Source: Bigelowiella natans CCMP2755 (lineage: Eukaryota > Protista > Cercozoa). Taken from it: DNA of 64,000 bases. This document shows, piece by piece, positions 39,013 to 52,383 of this stretch. Every line of letters starts with the position of its first letter. Within the stretch, counting starts at the first letter, position 1. A model generated the notes under the pieces. That model was given only the letters and a program-made list of their open reading frames with translations, made no database searches and was not told where the DNA came from. A program made the translations under genes and the position numbers. The stretch lies in assembly GCA_000320545.1 (NCBI GenBank), contig ADNK01001197.1, forward strand, positions 1 to 64,000. Direction: 5' to 3'.

Positions 39013-40141
39013 TTATCTATCTATCTCTCTATCTCTCTTATCTTGCTCTACCCACCTTTGGGAACACATATGGCCGCCTTGGGAATACCTGCCCCGAGAA
39101 ATTATTCATAAGAGAGCTTAACAATAGATTTTGTGCTTGTAAGCGACTGATTTCTGATTTCCAGATATACGTACAAATACTACTCACAGGGTCGGCGTTT
39201 CCATTATCAGAAGGCTTGGTAGAAGAGACATCACACTTTTTGTCCTTCGTTTCGGGGTTATGAGGAGAATGTTTCTCGCTAACAGGCTGCTGCTTTGGTT
39301 CCGCATTGGACGTTGCAGCTGCCACTCCTAATGCTTTAACCACCTAGATAATGACGCATAAGATCATTAGGTGAGTATAGGGAATGAAATAGGGAAGAGA
39401 ATGTGCCAAGGCAGGCTATGACAAAATGCAAACACCGCTTCTGCGGATGGCTCTTTCAGATCAACCTGAGGGAGTGCGCAAATTGGAGGATAAATAAAAA
39501 TAATTAGTGGTGATTAGTCCAATGATAAAGTAAGAATGAATGATCCATTGTATAAGCAGGAAAGAAAATGGTACCTCCTCCTTACTATCATTTTTTGCCT
39601 TTAGTAGTGGTAATTCAATGCTGGAATCCTCCTAAAATAACATATATATATTTTTTGGTAAAAATAAAAGTAAATGCTCATACAATAATTTATTCGTCCA
39701 TCCGTACCTGTGACTGTGACTGTTTCTGTTTCTGTTGTATCGGCGACGCTGCCTTTTGTTCAGGTTCCACTTCAGATACTTCCATCTCCTTTTTTTCTGC
39801 TGCGTCGTCCTTGTTGGCGGCTGGGTCTTCTTCCTGTTTTCTCTCCCTCTTACTTTTCCGGCTGCTCCTTTGCCGTAACGGAGACTCCCCAACTTCTTCA
39901 TCTCTCTTGTTAATCTCATTTTCAGAAGGAAAAATAGATGTCACAGTATTATTCCGCGACACTCGTCCGTCATCGCATTGACTCTGAAATAGATTAGAAT
40001 GATATTAACTTCGGACTCCTTGCGTTTTATAATTTGTGCTTACATCGGCATCCCGAAGAAGCGCTCTTGAAGCGAGGGGCTCTGCACCAAAATTGGACAC
40101 CTGCCCGACATCGTTCATTAGCACTCTGTAGAACTCCCTCA

Positions 40142-40177
<36 letters not shown>

Positions 40178-40251
40178 CACAACACGCACACAATTTCGCA
40201 CCGGTATCCCATTTTCATAAAAAACAGGGCCTTTAGACTTGGCACGCTCAT
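35138..40251 (-). CDS. Cys-less (Pro-loop) pentameric ligand-gated ion channel subunit with long hydrophilic N-terminal extension; multi-exon
   Basis: Alpha1-like LLLSSLMNNFSGQVFPRRP, VNLIDE, loop-A-like EDMWKPWMQF, Pro-loop PMLQQFPFDTLHL (~37170-37230), M2/M2-M3 DRFSVSGTIVLSEIALYFIAVQMLPRVPYVMRIDIW, M3 FTWCFALVFAAWGQNGLVY, M4 FDKWSAIVYIILVVLGTLWFL. The 5' exons MSVPSLK...GYR|VLMNDVG...RDAD|SQCDDGRVSRNN... splice in frame. The 5' boundary is less certain than the channel core. Confidence 0.82.
35543..35592. repeat. Exact 25-bp tandem duplication in an intron of the channel gene
   Basis: (aaaagtaaaagaaacatagtgcaag)x2, inside the GT-AG intron that splits IDIW|FTW. Confidence 0.85.
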
Positions 40252-40694
40252 TCTTCGAATAGCTCCTCATCACCCAGGGAAGCGGTTCGGATGCTAGAGA
40301 ACAGTAGATACTACTGTAGGATACTAATGTAGTTGTGCGGACGCGGAGGGATTGATGTGTGTGGAATCTGCCTTGCACAAAATTTCCCGACTAAAGAGAA
40401 ATGGCAAATTTAATTGTCGCATACCGAAAATGTCATGGGAAAAGCTCTCCGTTTACACAGATGCCTCGGCACCCAATCACGAAAAAAAAAATATCGACCT
40501 GGAGTTGTTAAATAAACACCCTTGGATTTTGCTAAGCGTCACAACTTTGGAATGACCTCAATATTTTGTGTGAATCGGCATGGAAGTGAGTGGTGCGACA
40601 ACAACAATGACAAGTCTCAGGAGGGTGGAACATAGGAAAGGATAAGACCCACTTACTTTGCGAGGAAGGAAAGTATTGAAACAAGGAGGCCAAC

Positions 40695-43600
40695 ATGGAG
40701 GTGGAGGGAGCCAGCGAGGGCACTATCGATCAGGCCAAGGGAGGAGAACAGGGTCAAGTTCAAGAAGGTTTCTTCCTAGTTATTGTAATCCACAACACAC
40801 ACGAACGAAGTGGAAGTTAATTAACATCATTTCGTGAAGGAACTAACACTTATTACGAACCTCCGTAGACACCAAGAAGCTCGCGGAGAAAATTAAACAG
40901 CTTGAGGACAATCGCAATCAAAATCCAAACGACTACGATGCAAACTTCAACTTAATTTTGACTCTTCGGAATGCCTGGCTTTCAAATGCGGGGGAGGCGT
41001 CCCTGGCACAAGATTTTTTCGTGAGACTGCGGCATGCACGCGAAGTCATGTCGGACATCTTCCCACTGCCCGTAGGGTCGTGGGTAGAATGGCTGGATGA
41101 TGAAACAGGGTGGATGCAAGGGAAAAAACAGGAAGAACAAGCAAAATGCAAAGAGGTAGAAACTTTCTCGCTTTCAAACATTTTTACACGCACAGTTTTA
41201 AAGAGGTAAATTTAAGCGATTATCTCGAACTTGCTCAATTTACAGAAACTCAAAGAGCTACACGAGACCTCTGTTGAAGACTATTTGTCTGTAGATTTAT
41301 GGATAAGACATGCCGAGTTCCTATGGAAACAGGGTGAGGAAAAGGACTCGGACGTGAGAGCTATGTACGAGCTCGCCATTACGGAAGCAGGGAGACACAT
41401 GGCTGAAGGAAAAGCTATCTGGCAGTCCTATCGGGAATATCTTAAAGAAAATGGAGGTTCTGTAGAGGATATTCGCTTGCTCTTTACACGGGAGCTGAGC
41501 ATCCCCTATATGGATATGGAGCAAACGATGTCGCAATACATTAATTGGGAGACAACAGTCTCGAAGAAGCGACCAAATCCCGAAACGAAGCCAGAATTGT
41601 TCAAAGCCTACTCGAAGGCCAAGGCAGAGAGAGACAAGCGAATCGACTTAGAGGAGAAGCTCATCGCTGCTGCGCAAGTCGTGGGTAGCAGCAACGGTTC
41701 TTCGCCTGGAGTATTGACGATGGAACAAATAGCCTTGTGGGACGCCTATATTGCTTTAGAGGATAAAATGGCAAAAGGAAAATATTCTGATCGCACCAAA
41801 ACTTTGTATGAACGGGCTCTCTCACATGGGTTTTTGCATCATGATTTGTGGAGACGATACTTGCAGTACGTGAAAAACGTGTTTAAGAACGACGATTGGC
41901 TGGAAGACACCTATCATCGTGCTATCAGAAACTGTAAGCAGGATGCTGATCTCTGGATTGGGTTATTTAGATTATTTGAGAAACGCCAAGATGAGCAAAG
42001 CGCGAAGAACCTGATGGCCAAACTAGACAGCGACGGTACCTTACAGCCAGAGATCAAAGCCAAAGCATTTCTGGAATTTTGCGACCGGATGCGCAGACGA
42101 TGCGGTGTTGGGGGAACAAACTCAGAGCCACCTGACGCAAAAAGTATGGTGTTGCGCGCAGTTTTCGATGCCTACAGCCAAGTGTTGAAAGATATAGAAA
42201 CAGAAGTAGCCAAAAGTCATGATCTTCACTACAATTTATACTCTTATTGGGCTGATGTAGAGATGAGATGGTATGGAGACATTGAACAATCGCGAATCCA
42301 TTGGGAAACACTCATCCGTTGGAATTCACAGGATGAAAGGGTATGGCGAAGCTACATCTACCAAGAACGAATTTACGGGGACTTACAAACCGTGAGAGAT
42401 CTATATAAACGAGCAGTTTCGTCGCTTGATACTTCCCATCATGAGCTTAAAAATTTGTGTGACGAATGGGTGAAGTTTGAGCGTGAGTGCGGCAGTCTTG
42501 AAACACTAGAAACAGCGGAGAAGAGGGCGTCTCTCCGAATAACAAAATGGACGGAGCACAAGCAACAATGTGAGCAACAACAATACTACCAATTGTATTC
42601 TCAGCAACTTCAGCAGCAGCAGCACCACCAGCAGCAGCAGAATAACCCAAAGAGCAGCACCAGCAGCAAAACCGTCGCCGGACAGAAAAGGAAGCGTGAT
42701 GACAGAAAGGAGGATGAGAAGGATGGGCAAAAGACGGATCACAACCCTAAAGCAGCATCATCGTCGTCGTCTGCCCCTACTACTAACTCAGATAAGAGAC
42801 AACGACGACACGCTCCCAGTGCTGGTGGTACCGACACATCGGCCATCTCTGACAACGGGGAGGGGAAAAAGAACGAAGATGAGGCAGCTTCTCTTAAGTG
42901 GAAGGTTGAAAATCGTAAGGAAGAGAACACCATCTTCGCAAAGAATCTCGCATATGACACCACCGATGAGCAGATTAAGACCTTTTTCAGTAAAGTGGGG
43001 GAGATCTCCCAGATTCGACACATTAGGGATGGAAAGGGAAAGTCAAAAGGGTACGCCTATATAGAGTATGTGGACGCCAAGTCTGTAGATCAAGCTTATC
43101 AAAATCTCCAGTTGCGCAAAATTAACAAGCGGGCTGTTCAGCTATCTCGTTGTTCCGTACCAAGCAGCAACAAAGGAGGGAAAAGAGGAGGGGGGAAGAA
43201 GAAGAAACACAATGAAGGCTATCAACGTCCAGAACCAAAAACAGTGTATATCAGGCCCTTACCGCGACTTGACGGAGAGTTGAGAACCGTACCGATTCGC
43301 ATGGAGGAACATCTTCGAGGGCATTTTAAGGAATGTGGGGAGATAAAAGCAGTAAGACTTACCCTAGATAAGAGGGGGAAACTAAAGAGATTCGCATTTA
43401 TTGAATTTCAGCACACAGACTCTGTAACCAAAGCAATCAAGCTCTCAGGGACCCATTTAAAAGATCATCCCGGTAAAAAGCCTCTCTCGGTGATGAAATC
43501 TTGCCCTCCATCGAAGAAGAAGCAGATTCTCAATCTTCCTAAACCAGAAAAGAAAACCATTCGCAAACGAGGCCGTGCAATGCTGTCCCTTGTTCCTCGC

Positions 43601-43789
43601 TCCATTTCGAAGCCAAGCGGGGGAAAGAAGGACGTTGGAAAGGTCACTTCTATGAATATTGACGCATCAAGTTCCAAAAAAGAAGGGGGGGAGGGGGAGA
43701 CAAAGATGAAGGACACACTTGCCAACGTGAAGCCTGGAACAAAAACGAATGCTCACTTCAGGGCGATGTTGTTGAATAAAAGTAAATAA
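40695..43789 (+). CDS. SART3: SART3/Prp24-like U4/U6 snRNP recycling factor (HAT repeats, 2 RRMs, LSm-interaction motif), 3 exons
   Basis: MEVEGAS...|DTKKL...FPLPVGSWVEWLDDE|KLKELHETSVEDYLSVDLW. HAT repeats (LYERAL, LWRRYLQY, WVKFERECG). RRMs TIFAKNL...KSKGYAYIEY and KRFAFIEF. C-terminal KTNAHFRAMLL matches the SNxxFRxM LSm-binding motif. Confidence 0.92.
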
Positions 43790-43799
43790 GATTTATATA

Positions 43800-45140
43800 G
43801 ATATGTCAAGCTCGCGAGCAAACTCTTAGCGGCGTTGCCTCCACAACATCATATGACTTGTCCATAATTTGTTAGTCCAGTATATGCAGCGTTTATACGG
43901 AGCTATGCCATCGATTGCTACTATCTATTCGCCTACGCATAGCTGCATGTCTCAAATATGTACATGCTGGCTAGCTGGTAGCAGGCCCATATGCCGCGTG
44001 CACGCATTACAGTGTTCCTAACAGTAAGCTGTTAGACAAGTTTATACTGTGCAATGGGCGTTTCTAGGTTTTACCAGCATCCATGCTAGCATGCGTCTCA
44101 TAGTCAGCATCGCAGCTTTTCGATCAGATATACACCTAGACATAGCTAGATAGAAGCATCTTGCGCATGTCCAGACTCTCTAGCTCCAGATGTACCTTAG
44201 CTAGCCTAGCTAGCTAGCGAGGGCCGCTGTCCTCTAGCCTTGCGCCCAGCTAGCTAGGGCTATCTAGCTACATATGACACCAGACACGATGATGTCATCG
44301 ATTCGTTGCGTGAGCATGCGATGCATATAGCGCCATCCAAGCAAGTTTTTTTTGCAGCCTACGCTACATACGCTCTTATTCACAGCTGTGCATCAATGTC
44401 ATGTAGTGCTTGTGCTTGTGCGTACTAGTGTAGCACGTGTAAATCATAACAAACTACATATATACGTATGTCTATTGTACAATGCTGCACGACAACACAA
44501 GCGACGATGCTGCATTTATAAACGCAATGTCTTGTAGCCATGCATTTATGTGCCATGCTAGCATGAATCACATGTAAAATAGGTGCACTAACTAACGAAC
44601 GCGATAAAGGTTGCTTGAAAGCACGTACTGTAGTCACATAAATTCACCTATACATCATTCTAGCATCGCTGGATTGCGAATTTACATCATGAGGCGGATA
44701 TGACAATTGAAAAAAAATAATTATGCGGCAGCCGTCTAGCTGTCCCACTAACAAATATCAATGCGCATGCTAACATGGGTGGGGTGGCATGCGCTACCAT
44801 GAACGGTCTAGCGCTCCGCGAGCGTGGCATATGCTACATGCGAGCAAAGCGCAGTTGCCCGTAAAACATGGCGCGGACCGCCAAGGTATTGTATACGTTT
44901 ATATCGTGTCCACGTTGTACGTGATGTATGTTCCTATTACTTGGCATGCTAGCATGCACGTTTAGATTTGTTTAGATAAATGTACTTCATGTCTAGATCG
45001 TAGCCTAGCAGAACTACAGAGTTACATGACAGTTAAAAGGTTTCATGTGGCCAGCAATCGATTTTGGCGACAAGTTGCTGAACTTCTACGACGGTTCATG
45101 ACATTCTACCCCATGCGAGCATGCGTGATGCGCGTATATT
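43800..45140. other. Palindrome-rich (CTAG/GCATGC) spacer between convergent genes; putative termination/boundary zone 4
   Basis: More than 20 CTAG by eye, CTAGCCTAGCTAGCTAG at ~44201. CATGCTAGCATG at 44082, 44554 and 44945. Reverse complement of ACAGCTAGAC at 44734-44743. Lies between the SART3 stop (43789, +) and the stop at 45167 (-). Confidence 0.75.
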
Positions 45141-45166
45141 ATCTCGTGACGTTCCAGCATCAATAA

Positions 45167-46281
45167 TCATCTTGGAGTGCTGCGCACTCTTATTTTGACC
45201 ATGAAGGGACTGCTTCTATTGCTAGCCTGAAAGGTAGTCGTGCTATTGTTACCACGACTACGTACGGGTGAGTAGTTACTAGTTCCAGACTGTCTCCGCC
45301 CCTTCCTCAGAGAGGAAGATCTGCGGCCTTGCTGCTGTTGCTGCTTGTGATCCTTCTCAGCGAGGGTTGTGGTTTTTGTCGAGTCAAGGTTGATGCTTCC
45401 AGGATAACGATGATGTTGTTTTTGGTGATGCGCTGTGATCGGTACGCGCTTAGGTGGTGAGGTTGCGGTCGTGGAAGAGCGGTGCTGGAGAAAGTGATGA
45501 CGATCGATCGACTGTGAAGAAACTTGCGTATTTTGAAGCCGGATCCTGGAGGGGACGTAACAAGCATTCATGAAAGAGTAAAATTAATGAAACAACAAGA
45601 TGGACGGCCCTCATTGGTCCATATGTAACCCTCCCCCCCCCCCCCGCTCTCTCTTTCTCTCTATGTAATATATATATTATTACAAAGATTTTTATTCAAT
45701 TGCTGTGGATACCATCCTCGAAGTAGCGTGCAATAACTATGCGACGATGACATGCCTTCTCCTCCTCCTCTACACTTCTACAACTACTACTACTACTACT
45801 ACTCCTGCTACTACCACCATCTCCACCTATCCACTCCTCCGCTAAGTCAAACCTGTTGGTAGCTTTGCTTCTATTCTTCTTCTTATCCAGAAGACTTTTC
45901 CCTCTAACACGTCGATGCTGCAGTGCAGAACGAAGGTTTCGCTGCTGTTTTTTTGACGACGAGGTCAGCTTCGATTCAGTGCTGTTGCGCAAGCCGCGCC
46001 GTGACACAGGTGGTGGCTTTGAAACTTTTAGTCTCACAATGGGAGAACTTTCCCACGCCTATCATGGATGATATAAGATAAAATGAGATGGAAAAGAGAT
46101 TGGAGTGGGGAATGCTCGTAACCCCGCAAAGTACTAAATATCTAAATACCCTGTTGATAATATCCTGCTTCACGCCCTCCTTTGTGCTCGACCTTATTTG
46201 AGAGTAGTAGACGTAGCATGTGTTACAATCAACCAGAAGTCTCTTGAGCTACCTCTCTCTTCAAATGGATAAAAATGCTGC

Positions 46282-46323
<42 letters not shown>

Positions 46324-46770
46324 ACACGCAAGTGATGAGTCTACTTTTTGCGGCTGCTACTTAATGCCGAAAGCCCCTTTTTTGAGGATGATGACGACTT
46401 TAGTGGAAGATTATACTTAATGTTACTGCTACGAGGAACACTAGTCGCGACACTCGTGAGGCTTTGCATGCTAGGTGAGATCTTGGATATAGGAAAGGGA
46501 AGAGGATCTTCGTCTGCATCTGCAGCTGTCATCCCAGGTTTCACATGTGATGATATTAGTGATGATGATGATGATGATGATGCTGCTGGTGGTGGTGAAG
46601 GTGACTCCGATGCACGTAGAGAAGACAAGTGATGATTATCGTGAGTAGATGGTGATAGCTTGAGATAATCCGTTTCTGTGAGGTATTCATTGACATCTTT
46701 ACTTCTCCCTTCGGCATGCCGGTCATGCGATCCTCCATCTGGCTTTTTCCCTCGGGCACTGAAGAAATAG

Positions 46771-46825
<55 letters not shown>

Positions 46826-47763
46826 ATTGATAATGAGTATCTAGATAATTTTGTGTATCATCATCACACAACAACAACACTCTTCATAATATTACCTGGC
46901 AATGACGTGAGCCTCCTCTAAAAGGCCAGTAAAGCTTTCTCTACCCAATGGAGATATTGGAGGCGAGTCCGCTAATAATTTGTGGGATTGCTGGTGCTGT
47001 TCTTCTTCGTCGGCAGCAGCAGCAGCAGCAGCATTGTTTCCATCACCACCACCAGCATGCTTATCATCATCATTAACAATGCCTTTAGCGACCCCTTGCG
47101 CTGGAGGAGCAACTACTGCTGAAGTACCTAGCTGAGTTCTAGGCCCAGAGGGACAACCTGCACGATGATCATGCTCCTCCTCCTCCTCCTCCTCTGAGGA
47201 GACATTCATATACCGTCTTACTGTGCTACTGCGACTTGAGAAGGGGGGGGTGGAGGAAGACTTGTTCTCCGTTTTGGTGGGATCCATACGCCGCCCTCTT
47301 CTTCCAGAGATCTTCCCACCACCACCACCAACACCACCGCTGCGACTGCTGTTCCCTCCAGAAGGATGATGAGAGCCCTGCCGTGCCCCTCCATCGACAC
47401 GATGCTGCTTTGCTGCGTTGGTATCAAGTCTAAGATTGGAGATGATGCGAGACCGCAATACCTGTATAAAAATATAAAAAAAAGGGAGAGGAAGACGAAG
47501 AGGAAGAAGGTTGTGTGACGATACTACATTTGTGCGACCGTAAGTAATTTTTGTGCAGCGTGTACAACCATACGTGTATCAACTGTGCGCACGAAGGTGT
47601 GTGTATGCATGCCTCACACTATGTCTGATATGATCAAACGAGGCGTTCTCAGAGCTACTACCAACATTCTGAGGGTATTATTTATCATTACATTTTCCTT
47701 TTTAAGATTTTAGATTAAGTTACTTAATAAACTGCTGCCACCGTCAGCGTGCTGCTGCTGCCG

Positions 47764-47799
<36 letters not shown>

Positions 47800-48304
47800 A
47801 TAGATAGTATTAGCAGTAATAGCAACTACTTACAACAACCTCATGCTCGCGATCTTGTGCGGACCTCTGGTCCCTATCGTAATGGCGATGGTGATTATAT
47901 TGTGTCTGTGATGATGGTGGTGACGCCGCTGACAGCGTTGAAGTAAAGCGTCCTCTAGCTGATTTTATCTTCATCGTCTGTCCGGCAGTAGCTCCATATC
48001 TGGCCAGAACTGATTGATATGGATGAAGAAGCAGAATAGGGGAGAAAAAGAAGAAGAGGAAGAGGAAGAAGGAAGAATCAGAACGAAATGATATGCTGTG
48101 GGCTAAGCAACCATTAGCTGCTATGTCACGTCACTTCCTTGTGTGGCATCCATTTGTAAAGATAAGGCTGGCAGTTGTGTTTCCGCGTATTATTAAAAAT
48201 TGAATTTACGGCAAAGAAAATGAGCCGTATACATTTATCATAATCATTTGATCATACTTTCCCCATATATACACGTTTACGCATCCCCCCCCCCCCTCCC
48301 CCCC

Positions 48305-48372
<68 letters not shown>

Positions 48373-49865
48373 ATATTGGATGTGTGCGAGGATCGCAGCA
48401 GCTGCGAATCTACCTCTAGATCCCAAGAGACGCGGCGACACCGACGATGAGGAAGAGACATTAATTCTTCGAATTTGGATCAATCTGCTGCTGTTCCGCT
48501 TGGCAGCAATGCTGCTGAATCCAGTATTGGTCGATGATGAGTCTGATTTTGCACGTGTCCCCCCCCTTCCTCCCCCTCCTCCCATCGATTGGCGACATCT
48601 CCCTCGGTAGTTCCATTGTGATAAGGAAGGTGTTGACTCTTCTTTCATCCTCATCATTCTCGTCCTACGAGACAAAATAACTGAGTGGAGAATACCACGC
48701 ATGCCTGCCACTTATCACACTAACCCCCCCCCCCCCCCCCCCCCCCCTCCTAGCCTCATCGACGAATATCAAAACCTGGGGCTGATTTGTTTGGATCTCG
48801 TTATTTGTAGTCTCGTGTGCAACTTTGCGGAATGCGACGGCCCTAATAGCAGAAAGAGCAAAGCTAGAGTTTGAGAACGACGAGGTGGATTTAACCAAAA
48901 AAGCCTGATCTAATTCAGTCAGCATCTAACATGTACAGAGTACAATTATTACCCAATAATGACGAAGATGATGGAGATGATTCAAAACGCTGGATTAGGG
49001 AATCTAAGTACACTGTGGCCGTAGAGAAAGCACCACCAAAAATGGATCGTTGTCATGAATGATCACATCATTATTCTCACAATTCGTGAAGCAATGGAGG
49101 AAGAAGAAGAAGAAGAAGAAGGGGATGGCGTGGTGGTTGGTGCTTGGGAAGAAGAAGTAACAATTTCTACTTATCGTCTATACTACTACTACTACTACTA
49201 CTACAACTACTACTGCTAGAGGGAAATCATCATTTATCATCAGAGATTCATGAACAACACATATGTATCAATCGACAAACCATGCATGCCATGCATGCGT
49301 GTTGTTGCACATTACGGAGTTGCAGCTAGTTGCTGCTGTTTACTGGAGCCACAAATAAACGCATACACTCCTCCGCCACCACCATAAAGTACAACCGTAT
49401 TCAATCTTAGAAATTGTAAATGCGGACTATAACTACTACAGTTACTTCTCCTACTAGCACTACTACTACTACTAGTACTACCTGTCTCAAATGAACCAGC
49501 CAGGGAGAGAAAGTTGCGAAGTCTGCTTCGTACTTTCATATCTTGCAGCAACACTAAGAAACAAAAGAGGAGGAGGAGGAGGAGGAGGCGAGAAATCGAT
49601 GGTGGATATTGTGAGGAAGAAGACATAGGTTTGAAGTCATGTCGAGAGTATCTAGTAAGAACTCAAAGAAAACAATCAGCAGGATCTGAAATAAAGGGGG
49701 AAGCAGCAGCAGCAGCAAATGATGATTTAATAATAATGAAAATAATAATGATGATGTTGATGATGAAAATGTGGTAAGAAGTATTACCACGTGCCCTTGT
49801 CACGTGTGTAATCCTCGTCGCATGATGATAGGACGACGACAGAGCTCCAGGTTTCGTTGCGCAAA

Positions 49866-49906
<41 letters not shown>

Positions 49907-50971
49907 TTGCTATTACTGCTACTACTGTGGCGAGGTGGGAGTGCAGGACTCTTAAACATGTTTTTCTTCTGCTGTTGCTGCTGCTGTTTCTCGCCTATCC
50001 TCAAGCGTATCTCGTTGTTTTTGAGGAGAACTTTTCCGGATGATTGGTATTTATTACTACTAATTCTACTTTTAAAATTTTTATTATGATTGCTACTTCT
50101 ACTGCTACTATGAATCATTTCTACTTCTCCTCCCCCTCCTCTTCCTTCTTCTCGCGATCCGTTTTCATCATCATCATCATCACCATCACCACCACCGTCG
50201 TTAGACTGTTCCTTCTTCTTCCCATTGTTGATGTTGTTCTTGTTATAGTAATCTCGGGGCAGCCCAAAGCCAAGCTGTTCCCATAAAAGAACTATTGCTT
50301 CCTTATCGGAACCGTTATAGCTCTCGATCAGCTTCATCAGACTGATCCTGTACGTTTGATTAGGAGGGGGGACCACATACGCACCAGCGAAGAGTACGGA
50401 ACAGTGCAATCAAAGAATAAGTGAGAGGACTGATCAAAGATATAAGGCCACGGCCTTTCATCAGATTCAGTTTATCTGCCACCAATAACGTACGTCGTCG
50501 TTTTGATTTGGTGTTGCTTACTACCACATCGAAGTTACGGCCCATTTCAAAGTTAATCTATCCAACCGATCCTGTAGTAGTAGTAGTAGTTGTAGTAGTA
50601 GTTGTTGTACTTTGTGCCACTTCTTGTATCAAATACCTCGATTCATGTGTTTCATTCTGGGGAGGGGCTTTCTTGTCATGTTATTTTAGTTCTCACTTGT
50701 ACCCCACTTTCTGCCTCCCTTCCCTTTTGTATGGTGTCTGTTGAATCACTTCTCATCGCAAATGGATCAGTATACCTTCCATGCCATCTTGCACACGTCG
50801 AGAACTTCCTCGCGTTTACTAAAATTCCTCCCTGTGGCTGAGAGGAGTCGTCGTAGCAGCAGCAGCACCACCACCATTGTATGGGTAAAATTGAATTCTT
50901 AGGAGAAATGCGTTGCGTGCGTGTGCATCAATAGTTAGTCGAAACAACTACAACTCTTACAACCACCACTG

Positions 50972-51003
<32 letters not shown>

Positions 51004-52348
51004 GCTACTACTACTACTTCTACTACACTAAAGCTACGTGCTACTCCAACCATTTCTCATACCAAGGGAATCGGGGTCGAATTTGACGTCTTTCAATTTA
51101 CGCCAACCACGCCGCTGAAAATCACACAGAACGGTGAGCACAGGAAAGAATGACAGCAAGCACTTTTACCGTAGCTGCGTTTGATTCTTACGAGTTTATA
51201 TGCAATGTAGTGCGTGCGTGTGTGGGTGCATTGAGTAGTTTTTTTGCCGGTTTACCTCCCCCTTCTTCCTCTCGGGCAGAGCGATCTGCTCAAATATCTG
51301 CTCCAAGACCCGTGAGTAGCTATAATGATGATTATAGACGAAACAGACAAATGAAAACGTGCTTTTGTGTAGCATTGTTACAACTGTCAGGGAGAATACC
51401 ACAATCACTGAGAATCTCTGTTGTACGAAACGCGATCTAGCAATCTACTACCGCTGCTGCTGCTACTACTACTACTACTACTACTACGTTAGTGGATGGA
51501 CGCTGAGACACGTAATGTCCGCGACTTCGAACAAGAAGTTGAACATCCAGTCCTTAGGTGGAGGAAGTAGTTTGGACAATGATCGTCAAAATATACGTGG
51601 AGGTGGAGGTGGTGGAGGAGGAGGAGGGAGTAAACAACGTAAAGCAAACCATATTTGCAACAGCTTACAGAACTACTAGTACACCACAATCTATCACCAC
51701 TTATAGCATTACCTGACTAACCAACTTCTTGCGTGCATGCTCAGGATTTCGCTTGAGGTCCTGTATAGAACAGGAGGAGGGAATAAGCAAATATTATGAT
51801 GTTTTTCGTAAAGTATGATTTCTCGTGTACTTTTCCTTAGGACCACAAGATGATATTAATTACAATACCAATCCCAATACTTTACATTACGTAATACCTT
51901 TTCAAGACGGATAAAGTAGTCCCCATAGTTGAAGAAGGGAGACAGTACTTTGCCAATCTTTATAAGTTATAATATGTGAACACGTGCGAAAGTATCGTAA
52001 TGGATAATTCAGGTGTGGCCAAAAATAGCAATACTATTACAACTGTCCATCCATGAAAATTGTATCATGTATTCCCACGACTACTTATCATCTGTGTTCA
52101 AATTGCTGCACCCACCCACGAAAGTATTCATGCACACGATCTCAGAGATCACCCTCAAAACAACACGTACCTTCACGGCCACATTGACGAATTGCTTTAT
52201 TGTAATATGTGAGACCGTAAATTCGAAATTCTTCCAATACAATTGGAGGACTCTGTGGCAAAGAGTTTAGATCATTGCTTGAAGATGTTGCAATGACTAT
52301 CTGTTCATGAATTTTAATATGCATTTGCATCGCTTGCCTCAACTCTCT

Positions 52349-52383
<35 letters not shown>

